A DNA stretch of 64,000 bases from Acidimicrobiales bacterium (GTDB lineage Bacteria; Actinomycetota; Acidimicrobiia; Acidimicrobiales; Ilumatobacteraceae), in assembly GCA_046091145.1 (NCBI GenBank), contig JBJTBF010000058.1, forward strand, positions 4,876-68,875, written 5' to 3'. Both the position numbers and the translations under genes were made by a program. Under the pieces are notes generated by a model. The model did not search any database. It was not told the DNA's origin and was given only the letters and a program-made list of their open reading frames with translations. Shown here piece by piece: positions 53,955-64,000 of this stretch (positions are counted from its first letter, which is position 1; each line of letters opens with the position of its first letter).

Positions 53955-55022
53955 TCAGCCGTTTAGACGGGTGCTGATGTCGTTGGCCAGCAGGCGTCCC
54001 GCCCGGGTGAGCACCACCCTGTCGCCGTGCACCTCCACGAGGCCCTCCAGCACCTCATCGGTGTGGTCGAGTGCCGACAGAGGCACTCCGCGGCGCGTGC
54101 GCAGCGACAGTTCAAGCCGTTCGAACTCCCGCACGGCGGGCTCAAGGTGCTCGTCGGCGGCGGTGACGGATCCACCGCTGCGCACGAGATCCACATAACG
54201 GTCGGGGGTGCGCACGTTCCACCACCGGCGACCGTCCTGATGGGAGTGCGCGGCGCACCCGAAGCCGAGGTAGTTGCCCTGTTCCCAGTACACCATGTTG
54301 TGCCGGCACTCGTGCCCGGGCAGCGACCAGTTGGAGATCTCGTAGTTCGCGAGCCCGGCCGACGTGAGCATGTCGTCGGCAACCACGTACTTGTCGGCCT
54401 GCTCGTCGTCATCCGGATGCCGCGCGGGGTCGTCGGCCAGCGGCGTGCCGGCCTCCACCGTGAGCGCATAGGCCGACACGTGCGTGGGTGACAGTTCCAG
54501 GGCCCCCTCGAGTGTGATGCGCCAGTCGTCGGTGCTCTCCCCCGCCGCACCGTAGATGAGATCCAGGTTCACCCGTTCGATGCCGGCCGAACGTGCATGC
54601 GACACCGCAGCCCTCACGTTCGCCGGGTCATGCGCCCTGCCCAAAGCCCCGAGCACGTGCGGCACCATCGACTGCACTCCGATGCTGACCCTGTTCACCC
54701 CGGCACGGGCGAAGGTGTCCATGAGGGCGCCGGTCACGTCGTCGGGGTTGCACTCCACGGTGATCTCAGGTTCGGCTCCCAACGGCAGCGCCGAGATGAT
54801 GCGCGTGATGTGCGCGGGGTCGATCAGCGTCGGGGTGCCGCCCCCCACGAACACGGTGTCCGCAGCAGGCATGCCATCTGCCGTGGCGCGTGCGATGTCG
54901 GCCACCACCGCATCCACGTAGTCGTCCACGAGGTGGCCACGGTCCGTCCATGTGGCAAAAGAGCAGTAGTCACAACGGCTGCGGCAGAACGGAATGTGGA
55001 CGTAGACGCCGAACTCTGCCAT
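53955..55022 (-). CDS. hemW: radical SAM heme chaperone HemW (HemN-like, oxygen-independent coproporphyrinogen oxidase family)
   Basis: YVHIPFCRSRCDYCSF (CxxxCxxC) and VFVGGGTPT. Start trimmed to ATG 55022. Confidence 0.88.
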   Translation of the reverse strand: MAEFGVYVHIPFCRSRCDYCSFATWTDRGHLVDDYVDAVVADIARATADGMPAADTVFVGGGTPTLIDPAHITRIISALPLGAEPEITVECNPDDVTGALMDTFARAGVNRVSIGVQSMVPHVLGALGRAHDPANVRAAVSHARSAGIERVNLDLIYGAAGESTDDWRITLEGALELSPTHVSAYALTVEAGTPLADDPARHPDDDEQADKYVVADDMLTSAGLANYEISNWSLPGHECRHNMVYWEQGNYLGFGCAAHSHQDGRRWWNVRTPDRYVDLVRSGGSVTAADEHLEPAVREFERLELSLRTRRGVPLSALDHTDEVLEGLVEVHGDRVVLTRAGRLLANDISTRLNG

Positions 55023-55032
55023 GACCCCGAGG

Positions 55033-55557
55033 TTACGAAGCAGGCGGCACGAACAGCAGACCGAGATCGCCGAGGCGCTGGCCCACCTGGTCGACGGGGA
55101 CATCGAGCATCACCGCGATGGCGCGGGTGTCATGGGCACGCACCGTGATGACCTTGCCGTTGAAGTCCTGGCGCTGCACCTGGATCATGCGCAGGAACCG
55201 CTCGAGCATCTCGAACTGCTGGCCCGACATGGTGGACAGTTTCGCCACGTCGATGCGCAGCTTCTTCGGGGCGGCCGACTGGTCGCCGGTGTCGTCGACC
55301 CGCTGCGGGTCGCGCGGCAGCAACTGGTCGACCCCCACCCCGTAGAAGCGGGCGAGTCGCTCGAGGCGCGGCACCGAGATTGCCCGCTCGCCGCGTTCGT
55401 AGGCACCCAGCACGCTGGCCTTGAACTCCTGGTCGCTGCGTGCCTCCACGTCGGACAGCGACATCTGCTTCTGCTGGCGGATCCTGCGCAGCCTGTCCCC
55501 CACGAGCCGGGTGTAGGGGGAATCCTTCAGCAGTTCGTCGTCGGAGTACTGGGGCAT
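55033..55557 (-). CDS. bldD: BldD-like XRE-family regulator with c-di-GMP-binding-type C-terminal domain
   Basis: The N-terminal domain LRRIRQQKQMSLSDVEARSDQEFKASVLGAYERGERAISVPRLERLARFYGVGVDQLLP aligns with Streptomyces BldD as I recall it. The C-terminal domain has RQD-x8-RAHD, which fits the RXD-X8-RXXD signature. Confidence 0.7.
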   Translation of the reverse strand: MPQYSDDELLKDSPYTRLVGDRLRRIRQQKQMSLSDVEARSDQEFKASVLGAYERGERAISVPRLERLARFYGVGVDQLLPRDPQRVDDTGDQSAAPKKLRIDVAKLSTMSGQQFEMLERFLRMIQVQRQDFNGKVITVRAHDTRAIAVMLDVPVDQVGQRLGDLGLLFVPPAS

Positions 55558-55558
55558 G

Positions 55559-55577
55559 GCACCACCCAGTGTGGTGC
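55559..55577. promoter_or_regulatory. perfect 7-5-7 inverted repeat between the rsmE-like stop and the bldD-like ATG
   Basis: gcaccac-ccagt-gtggtgc. The core on the minus strand (cCAC-actgg-GTGg) resembles the BldD box TNAC-N5-GTNA only in its inner AC/GT positions. It could equally be a small terminator. Confidence 0.35.
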
Positions 55578-55579
55578 AT

Positions 55580-55867
55580 TCACCGCCGCCGGTGTGCGAC
55601 CATCAGGGTGCCGGCCACTGTGGCCGCCGTGCCCGCGCGCAGGATGCCCGAACCGAGACCCACGCACCGCCGGGCCATTGCGGCCTCACGCTCCGAGAAC
55701 CCGCCCTCAGGGCCCACCACGACAGTGGTCACGCCGTCGAGTGATGCATCGGCGCCGGGTTCGGCGATGGCGGCCCCGTCGCGGGCGAGCACATCCGCAA
55801 GCGATGCAGGGCCGGTCACGTCGGCCACGAACACGTGCGCCGCGGAGCGGCGCAGTTGCTCGTTCAC
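55580..55867 (-). CDS. rsmE: truncated RsmE-like ORF (95 aa; only the N-terminal tip and C-terminal SPOUT knot segment retained)
   Basis: AAHVFVADV.. followed directly by [27 protein letters not shown], which is the C-terminal RsmE motif. Full-length RsmE is about 240-260 aa. GTG overlaps the dnaJ stop (GTGA). Confidence 0.55.
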   Translation of the reverse strand: MNEQLRRSAAHVFVADVTGPASLADVLARDGAAIAEPGADASLDGVTTVVVGPEGGFSEREAAMARRCVGLGSGILRAGTAATVAGTLMVAHRRR

Positions 55868-56976
55868 GAGAACGCGGACTTGATCCGCGCGAAGAAGCCC
55901 TTGTCGGCGGGCGCGACGTCCTCCCCGCGGATCTCGGCCAGCCGGCGCAGCAGCCCCGCCGATTCCTCATCGAGGTCGACCGGCACCTGCACCGCCACAC
56001 GGGCACGCAGGTGGCCCCTGCCGCGGCCCTGCAGGTGCGGAAGTCCGCGACCGCGGGCCACGAACTCGCGTCCGTGCTGGGTGCCCGCGGGCACCACGAG
56101 GTCGATGTCGCCGTCGAGGGCCGGGAGAACGATGTGTGTGCCGAGCGCCGCCTGCGACACCGACAGCACGAGCAACGCGACGAGGTCATCGCCCTCCCGC
56201 TCGAAGACCTGATGCGGCGCCACGCGGATGTGCACGTACAGGTCACCCGCCGGGCCGCCGCGCGGGCCGGCGTCGCCGCGACCCGTGAGCCGCAGTGTCT
56301 GTCCGTCGCGGATTCCCGCGGGCACGTCGACTGTGTGCGAGCGGCGGCCGCGCACACGACTGTCGCCGCGGCACGTGACGCACGGTGTCACGATGACGCG
56401 GCCCATGCCGCTGCATCGCGGACAGGGTCCGCTCGTCACCATCTGGCCGAGCATGCTCTGGCGCACCCTGCGCACCTGGCCGCTGCCGCTGCAGTCCGAG
56501 CACATGACGGGCTGGGTTCCCTGGCCCGCTCCGCTTCCCCCGCAGTCACCGCAGGGCGAGGCGCAATCGGCCTCCACCGTGGCCACCGAACCGGAGAGGA
56601 CGTCCTCGAGGGTGATCTGCGCCACCACCTCCACGTCGCCTCCACGCGGCGGACCGGACTGTTGCCGGCCACCGAACGGCGAGCCACCGAAGAACGCCTC
56701 GAAGATGTCGCCGAGACCACCAGCACCGAAAGGGTCGCCCATGCCGGCACCGCCCGACAGTCCCTGTTCGCCGAACCTGTCGTAGCGGGCCCGTTGGTCG
56801 GGGTCGGACAGCACCTCGTAAGCGCGAGAGACCTCCTTGAAGCGTTCCTCCGCCTCTGGGTCGTCGGGGTTCGCGTCGGGATGCAGCTCGCGGGCACGGC
56901 GGCGGTACGCCTTCTTGATGGTGTCCTGGTCGGCGGACGGGTCGACACCGAGCAATTCGTAGAAGCTCGTGCTCAC
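55864..56976 (-). CDS. dnaJ: molecular chaperone DnaJ
   Basis: J domain [33 protein letters not shown], a G/F region, and four CxxCxGxG zinc-finger repeats. Confidence 0.95.
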   Translation of the reverse strand: MSTSFYELLGVDPSADQDTIKKAYRRRARELHPDANPDDPEAEERFKEVSRAYEVLSDPDQRARYDRFGEQGLSGGAGMGDPFGAGGLGDIFEAFFGGSPFGGRQQSGPPRGGDVEVVAQITLEDVLSGSVATVEADCASPCGDCGGSGAGQGTQPVMCSDCSGSGQVRRVRQSMLGQMVTSGPCPRCSGMGRVIVTPCVTCRGDSRVRGRRSHTVDVPAGIRDGQTLRLTGRGDAGPRGGPAGDLYVHIRVAPHQVFEREGDDLVALLVLSVSQAALGTHIVLPALDGDIDLVVPAGTQHGREFVARGRGLPHLQGRGRGHLRARVAVQVPVDLDEESAGLLRRLAEIRGEDVAPADKGFFARIKSAFS

Positions 56977-57974
56977 GACCCGCCCTCGGCGATGCGCCGA
57001 CCGAGCTGCTCACCCACGACCTCCACCGTGGCGAGTGCCTGCGGGTAGTTCATGCGGGTCGGCCCGAGCACGCCCACCGAGCCCAGCACCTCGCCGTCGG
57101 CCACGACGGGTGCGACAACCACGGAGCACGCCGCGAGGGGCTCCACGCCGTGCTCGGCGCCGATGGCGACGGACAGACCGCGGTCGAGGAGGTCCTGCAC
57201 GAGGGTGACCACCACGAACTGCTGCTCTATGGTGGCGAGCACGTTGCGCACCACGTCGACGGCGTCGAACGCGCTCGCGAGCGAGGATGCCCCGCCCACG
57301 AACACCGGCTTGTCTTTGCGGTGCCGCGCGAGCGCCGCGAGCGTGGCGAAGCAGACCGCATCGACGCGCGAGTCGTTGGTGGAGGCGACGGAGTCGACGT
57401 CACCAAGCGACTTGTTGACGAGCGTGCGGCGCAGGTGCGCCACTGCGGACGCGATGTGCTCGTCGGCAACGTCCTGGGAGATCTGGATGGTCTCGTTCTC
57501 CACCGCGTGGTTCGAGAGGAACACCACCACCGTTGCCGACCGGTCGGTGACACGGCTGATGTACACGTCGCGCACCGTGGTGGCCTCCACCTCGGGGCCC
57601 ACCACCAGGGCTGCATGGTGGGTGATGTTCGCGAGCAGGTTCGTGGTCTGGCGCAGGAGATCCTCGAGGCGGCCGTGTGCGGCGCTGAAGAAGTCACCCA
57701 CACGGGTGGCGTCGGCCGAGCTCAACGCCCCCTCGGGGGCGATGGAGTCCACGAACAGCCGGTACCCCTTGTCGGTGGGCACGCGGCCGGCCGAGGTGTG
57801 GGGCTGGGCCAGGTAACCCTCCTGCTCCAGCACGGCCATCTCGTTGCGCACCGTGGCCGGTGAGACCTTGACGGCGGGGTCCTTCGCGATGTGGCCGCTG
57901 CCCACGGGCTGTCCCGTGGTCACGTACTCCTGCACCACTGCGCGCAGGATCGCGGTCTTCCGTTCGTCCAGCAT
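56973..57974 (-). CDS. hrcA: heat-inducible transcription repressor HrcA
   Basis: [63 protein letters not shown]. Confidence 0.95.
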   Translation of the reverse strand: MLDERKTAILRAVVQEYVTTGQPVGSGHIAKDPAVKVSPATVRNEMAVLEQEGYLAQPHTSAGRVPTDKGYRLFVDSIAPEGALSSADATRVGDFFSAAHGRLEDLLRQTTNLLANITHHAALVVGPEVEATTVRDVYISRVTDRSATVVVFLSNHAVENETIQISQDVADEHIASAVAHLRRTLVNKSLGDVDSVASTNDSRVDAVCFATLAALARHRKDKPVFVGGASSLASAFDAVDVVRNVLATIEQQFVVVTLVQDLLDRGLSVAIGAEHGVEPLAACSVVVAPVVADGEVLGSVGVLGPTRMNYPQALATVEVVGEQLGRRIAEGGS

Positions 57975-57986
57975 CGCCGACGAATC

Positions 57987-59336
57987 CTACTGACCGCTCA
58001 CCTGCTTGTACCGAAGGAGTGCCTCCTCGCGTTCCGCGGAGTGGTCCACCATCGGGCCCGGGTAGTCCGCCGGGGCGAGCAGGCCGAGGGTCCACGGCTC
58101 GTGCACGTGCCTGGTGTCGACACCGGCCAGTTGCCTCACCCATGCACGCACGTACTCCCCCTCGGGGTCGAACTTCTGGCCCTGGGCGACAGGGTTGAAC
58201 ACGCGGAAGTACGGCGCGGCGTCGGTGCCGGTGCCGGCGGTCCACTGCCAGCCGTGGTTGTTCGAGGCGATGTCGGCATCGACAAGGTGATCCATGAAGA
58301 AGCGCGCACCCCACTGCCACGGCAGGTGGAGGTCCTTCACGAGGAAACTCGCCACGATCATCCGCACACGGTTGTGCATCCACCCGGTGGCGAGCATCTG
58401 GCGGATGCCGGCATCCACGATGGGATAGCCGGTCTCGCCGCGGCAGAACACGGCGAACCTCTCCTGAGCCGCCGCGTCGGTGTCGAGACGCATCGCATCC
58501 ATCTTCGGCTGCAGGTTCTCCCACGTGGTGCGCGGCTGGTGGAACAGAACATCGGCATAGAACTCGCGCCACGCGATCTCGGAGCGGAAGTGCCCGGCAC
58601 CCTGCGAGTCATCGAGCCGCGCGAGCAGCTGCCGCGGGTGCAGGACGCCGAACTTGAGATACGGCGACATCATCGACGTGCCGTCGATTGCGGGGTTGTT
58701 GCGGTCGTCCTTGTAGCCGCCCATCGCGCGTGCCGACCACTCGTCGAAGCGTTCCCACGCACCGTCCTCGCCGGCTGCACGGCCCGGGGAGGCCCGGAAC
58801 CCGTCGGGGCGTCGCGAGCCCACGCACAGGTCGCGGTGGTCGACGAATGTCGCGTTCGTGTCGGGGAATGATGCCCACCGGTGCGTCAGCCACCGCTTGT
58901 AGAAGGGCGTGAAGACCTTCAGCGGTGCGCCGTCGTCCTTGCGCACCGTGCCCGGCCGGATCACGTACGGCGTGTCGGCGCGCACGAGACGCACGCCCTG
59001 CTCGCCGAGCACTCTCTCCACCTCGGCATCACGGGCACGGCCCCAGGGGGCGAAGTCCTCGGTGATGTGCACGGTGTCGGCGCCCACGAGCCGGCAGAAC
59101 TCGGGCACCGCATCAACCGCGGGACCGTCGCGGTAGATCAGTGCCCGACCGACGGAGTCATCGAGATTGTCCAGTGCCTCGAACAGGAACGCGCGCCTGA
59201 TGTCACCGGCTGCCGAGAGAAGGTTGTCCTCCCAGACGAACAGCGGAACCACGTTCCCGTGCGCCGCAGCCGACGCGAGGGCCCCGTTGTCCTGCAGGCG
59301 GATGTCCCTCCGCACCCACCAGACCGCGGTGCTCAC
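57987..59336 (-). CDS. phrB: deoxyribodipyrimidine photolyase (class I CPD type)
   Basis: WWVRRDIRLQDN.., TSMMSPYLKFG, WREFY, GYPIVDAGIRQMLATGWMHNRVRMIVASFL, NNHGWQW. GTG 59336 overlaps the MFS stop (GTGA). The upstream part of ORF 57987..60320 is a shadow. Confidence 0.92.
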   Translation of the reverse strand: MSTAVWWVRRDIRLQDNGALASAAAHGNVVPLFVWEDNLLSAAGDIRRAFLFEALDNLDDSVGRALIYRDGPAVDAVPEFCRLVGADTVHITEDFAPWGRARDAEVERVLGEQGVRLVRADTPYVIRPGTVRKDDGAPLKVFTPFYKRWLTHRWASFPDTNATFVDHRDLCVGSRRPDGFRASPGRAAGEDGAWERFDEWSARAMGGYKDDRNNPAIDGTSMMSPYLKFGVLHPRQLLARLDDSQGAGHFRSEIAWREFYADVLFHQPRTTWENLQPKMDAMRLDTDAAAQERFAVFCRGETGYPIVDAGIRQMLATGWMHNRVRMIVASFLVKDLHLPWQWGARFFMDHLVDADIASNNHGWQWTAGTGTDAAPYFRVFNPVAQGQKFDPEGEYVRAWVRQLAGVDTRHVHEPWTLGLLAPADYPGPMVDHSAEREEALLRYKQVSGQ

Positions 59337-60534
59337 TCGAGGTTCCTCAGCATCGGCACGACGAGAAGCGTCAGCACACCGCCGTACACCAGCGACATCC
59401 GCACGCCGATGTGGTCGCCGATCCAGCCGGTGACCGGACCGCCGATGGGGGTCGACCCGAGGAACGCAACCGACTGCAGGGCCATCATCCGGCTGCGCAT
59501 CTCCGGTGCAGTGCGCTGCTGCATGAGACCCGTCATTGCCGTCATGAAACCCGTGCCCCCGACACCGAGCGGCACCGCCAGGACGCAAGCGAGCGCGAAA
59601 TTGGGTGCGTACGGCAGCGCGATGCAGGCCGCGCTGAGAGTGACCGCGCCGATGACGAAGCGGTTCATCCGCATCACCGTGTACCTCGCGTTCCACAGTG
59701 CCCCGAAGACACTCCCGACGCTCGTCATGGTGAGCAGGATCGCGTACCCGTTGGGCTCGTGCCACAGCCTGTCGCTCATCTTCGGAAGCACGATGCTGTA
59801 GTTGAAGGCAAACGTGCTGGCAACCGTGAACACTATGAAGACGTTGCGCATGTAGCGGTCGTGCCACACCGCGGCCAGACCCTCGCGCACCGGCCTGCCG
59901 GTGCGCGGCACGGCGGCCGGCCGCACCATCTGGTCGCGACGCAGCATGAACAGCGACGCCAGCACCGCGAGGTACGACACCGCGTTCATCAGGAACAGCG
60001 CCGGGGTGCCGAGCGGGTCGATGAGGACGGCGGCGAGTGCCGGCCCGACGATGCGCGAGCCCGTCATCACGGTGGTGTTCAGCGACATCGCGTTCGAGAT
60101 CTCGTGCGCGGGCACGAGCTCGGTGACGAGGCCGCGACGGGCGGGGTTGTCGATTGCGTTCGCGATCCCGAGCACGAGGGACAGGGTGTACACGACCGGC
60201 AGGGTTGCATGACCGGCGGCGTCGACCGCCGCGAGCACGACGGCCTGCAGCCCGAGTGCGGTCTGGGTGCAGATCGTGACCTTCCGTCGGTCGTACCTGT
60301 CGGCGAGGCCACCGGCCCACGCGCCGAGCAGGAGCATCGGCAGGAACTGGAACATCGCGTTGAGCCCGGAATCGGTCGCGCGGTTGTTGATGCGGTAGAT
60401 CAGCAGCGAGGTGGCCGTGAACTGGAGCCAGGTGCCCACGTTCGACAGCAACAGTCCGCCCATGTAGATGCGCATGTTGTGGCTTCGCAACGAACGGAAG
60501 GCCCCTGCCTTCTCGGGTGCGGCCGTGTCAGTCA

Positions 60535-60535
<1 letters not shown>
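59333..60535 (-). CDS. MFS transporter
   Basis: 12-TM profile with LGAWAGGLADRYDRRKV (MFS motif A-like). ATG 60535 overlaps the lepA stop by 1 nt. Confidence 0.8.
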
Positions 60536-62325
<1,790 letters not shown>

Positions 62326-62330
62326 TCACG

Positions 62331-62396
62331 ACTCTATCCCCGGCCCTGAAGCCGACCCCGGGAGCGGTTGGGCACGCCACCGGCGACCGATAGCAT
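62331..62396. promoter_or_regulatory. divergent lepA / rpsT promoters
   Basis: Minus TAGAGT (62336-62331), 5 nt before GTG 62325. Plus TTGGGC (62368-62373), 17 nt, TAGCAT (62391-62396), 8 nt before GTG 62405. Confidence 0.45.
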
Positions 62397-62404
62397 CGTC
62401 ACCC

Positions 62405-62656
62405 GTGGCAAACATCAAGAGCCAGAAGAAGCGCATCCTCACGAACGCGAAGGCAGCCGAGCGGAACAAGGCCGTCAAGAGCGAGCTTCGCACGCGCGTG
62501 AAGAACGCCGAGGCTGCCGCCGGCACCGCCGACGCTGATGCCGCACTGCGCACCGCCGTGAAGCGCCTCGACATGGCCGCTGCCAAGGGGATCATCCACC
62601 CGAACGCCGCCGCCCGCCGCAAGTCGCGCCTCATGAAGAAGGCCGCCGCGAAGTAA
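62405..62656 (+). CDS. rpsT: 30S ribosomal protein S20
   Basis: VANIKSQKKRILTNAKAAERNKAVKSELRT..AAARRKSRL. Start trimmed to GTG 62405. Confidence 0.93.
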   Translation: MANIKSQKKRILTNAKAAERNKAVKSELRTRVKNAEAAAGTADADAALRTAVKRLDMAAAKGIIHPNAAARRKSRLMKKAAAK

Positions 62657-62704
62657 CGCGGCGACAGCGCACCCTTACCCACCGTCCCCTCACCGGGGAA
62701 CTCA

Positions 62705-63703
62705 CTATGTCCTGCGACGCGCCCCTGATGCGGGCACCAGCTGGCACAGACGTCCGACCAGGACCTCGAGCACGAGTTCGGCGGGCCAATCCTTGCCGCC
62801 GCGGAGGTCGACGTCGGCCGCCGCGATGTGCGACACCGCGCGTGCCACGCCGCCGCCCCCCATCCGCTGGTACTGCTCGAGCACCTTGCGTGCCGTGAAC
62901 TCCTTGCCCCCGAGGATCGCGACCGCATCGGCCCCGGTGCGCGCACCACGGCCGTCGAGCTTCATCATCTGTGCATAGCGGTTGCCCAGCAGCGCGAGCA
63001 CCTGGAACGGGTGCGTGCGGCCGTTGCCGAGGTAGCGGTGCAACATGACAAGCGCGGTGGAGGTGTCACCGGCGTCGATGGCATCGGTCAGGTCCCACGG
63101 GGGCACGCTGCCGGCCTCCCCGAGGAAGACCTCGACATCGGAGCGCGTGAGCTTGGCGTTCTCGCCGTAGGTGGACACGAGGGTGCCGACGAGGCCGGCA
63201 AGACGGCTGTGGTCGCCGCCCATCCACTGCGAGATCATCCGCGGCACGTCGGGCGCATAGGTGAAGCCGGCGCCCACCAGGGCCTCCTCGACGAACCCGA
63301 TGCGGTCGTTCAGTCGGGTGCCGACATCCGTGCCGATGGTCTCGGCGCCCGCCCGCTTCACGGCGTCGGAGAAGACCTTCGGCTGCCTGCCGGTCGCGGT
63401 GATGACGACGTCGACCTGCTCGGCACGGTTCTCGAGGGCCGCGACCACCGCGGCGATCACGGTGGGGTCGTTGTTCTCCGCGGTGACCGCGTGGACGTTG
63501 CGGATGACCACCACCCTCCGTTCGGTGAACAGCGGCATGGTGACGAGCGAATCGGCGATGGTGGCGACCTCGGTGCGGGAGTCCGCGAGGTCGAAGTCAT
63601 CGACCATCATCGAGCGTTCGTTGTCCCCCACCAGACGGTCGACGAGCGAGGTGAGCTCGAGACCCGCGAGTGCCTCCTCACCGGTGATCACCCAGACGGC
63701 CAT
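62705..63703 (-). CDS. holA: DNA polymerase III delta subunit
   Basis: About 330 aa with an N-terminal pattern VITGEEALAG..MPLFTERRVVVIRNV and a position next to comEC, typical of holA. Start trimmed to ATG 63703. Confidence 0.8.
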   Translation of the reverse strand: MAVWVITGEEALAGLELTSLVDRLVGDNERSMMVDDFDLADSRTEVATIADSLVTMPLFTERRVVVIRNVHAVTAENNDPTVIAAVVAALENRAEQVDVVITATGRQPKVFSDAVKRAGAETIGTDVGTRLNDRIGFVEEALVGAGFTYAPDVPRMISQWMGGDHSRLAGLVGTLVSTYGENAKLTRSDVEVFLGEAGSVPPWDLTDAIDAGDTSTALVMLHRYLGNGRTHPFQVLALLGNRYAQMMKLDGRGARTGADAVAILGGKEFTARKVLEQYQRMGGGGVARAVSHIAAADVDLRGGKDWPAELVLEVLVGRLCQLVPASGARRRT

Positions 63704-63707
63704 GCTC

Positions 63708-64000
63708 CTACCTTCCCACATGCGTGCGTTGACGCCAGCGGACGACGGCCACCGCAACCAGGGCTCCCCACGCCGCCACGGCGGCGCTGCCCCGCGGGTC
63801 GAGTGCGGCGCCGGTCGATGCCACGGCGGCGACGAAACGCACCGGCAGAGAGAGCACCGCACAGATGACCACCGCGACCGGTGCGGGAAACAGTGCGCCT
63901 GCCGCCGCCGCGGGAAGGCCCACGAGCATCACTGCCCCTGCCACCGGCACCGCGAGCGGGTTCGTGAGAACAGACACGAACGGCACACGACCGAACACCG
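63708..64000 (-). CDS. comEC: ComEC/Rec2-family membrane protein, C-terminal part only (gene continues beyond the window)
   Basis: Hydrophobic C-terminal segment LTNPLAVPVAGAVMLVGLPAAA.. immediately upstream of holA (conserved comEC-holA synteny). The frame is open to the window edge. Confidence 0.6.
   Translation of the reverse strand, partial: VFGRVPFVSVLTNPLAVPVAGAVMLVGLPAAAAGALFPAPVAVVICAVLSLPVRFVAAVASTGAALDPRGSAAVAAWGALVAVAVVRWRQRTHVGR

Noticed and set aside
57975-58060. Looked for a CIRCE element (TTAGCACTC-N9-GAGTGCTAA) upstream of hrcA.
   Set aside because: None is present in the 12-nt gap or in the adjacent photolyase 3' end. In Actinobacteria CIRCE is mainly at groES/groEL, so its absence here is not informative.

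Overview
This is a very GC-rich, gene-dense chromosomal segment: about 60 CDS, 2 tRNA genes, 1 sRNA and almost no non-coding DNA. It carries clear Actinomycetota hallmarks: mshD, a priA-type hisA, DUF3499, a 6C sRNA, a BldD-like regulator, many GTGA/ATGA stop-start overlaps and leaderless-type promoters.

Gene content from left to right:
- ppdK (cut by the window edge) and an M50 protease.
- ygfZ-like, trpE and hisI. An antisense alpha/beta hydrolase separates these from hisF-hisA-hisH-hisB-hisC.
- A small ORF, nth, mshD-rlmN, and DUF6285-like/APH kinase/SRPBCC/DUF3499.
- tRNA-Val(CAC).
- A PotA/PotD/fused PotBC-type importer operon ending in a 2-hydroxyacid dehydrogenase.
- A class-III aminotransferase, an aldehyde dehydrogenase, and ald-P450-MFS.
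- murF/ddl/LysM lipoprotein, and gltBD.
- Two crotonases plus a nitroreductase.
- GntR(HutC) next to a mitochondrial-type aconitase, and a HAD-PlsC fusion.
- 6C sRNA, then LysR plus a carboxyltransferase.
- Citrate synthase, qor-icd, and an acyl-CoA dehydrogenase plus an alkylsulfatase-like MBL hydrolase.
- EamA and tRNA-Val(GAC).
- hemW, a BldD-like regulator, a truncated rsmE, dnaJ-hrcA, and photolyase-MFS-lepA.
- rpsT, holA and comEC (partial).

The ORF track takes the longest ATG/GTG/TTG ORF. Many N-termini are therefore over-extended or fused to shadow frames, and I trimmed starts using homology, overlaps and promoter/SD context.

I saw no rRNA, CRISPR, transposase/integrase, prophage or recognisable defence genes. 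I do not see a convincing wholly novel multi-gene system. The items most worth a second look are regulatory or RNA-level:
- a 21-23 nt motif shared by the acn and icd promoter regions next to a HutC-type regulator;
- an 18/19-nt mirror repeat abutting two divergent start codons;
- a tRNA whose CCA end sits 1 nt from an ATG;
- a 6C sRNA;
- a BldD-like c-di-GMP regulator;
- a collapsed rsmE;
- an omega-amine import and catabolism island with alanine dehydrogenase.
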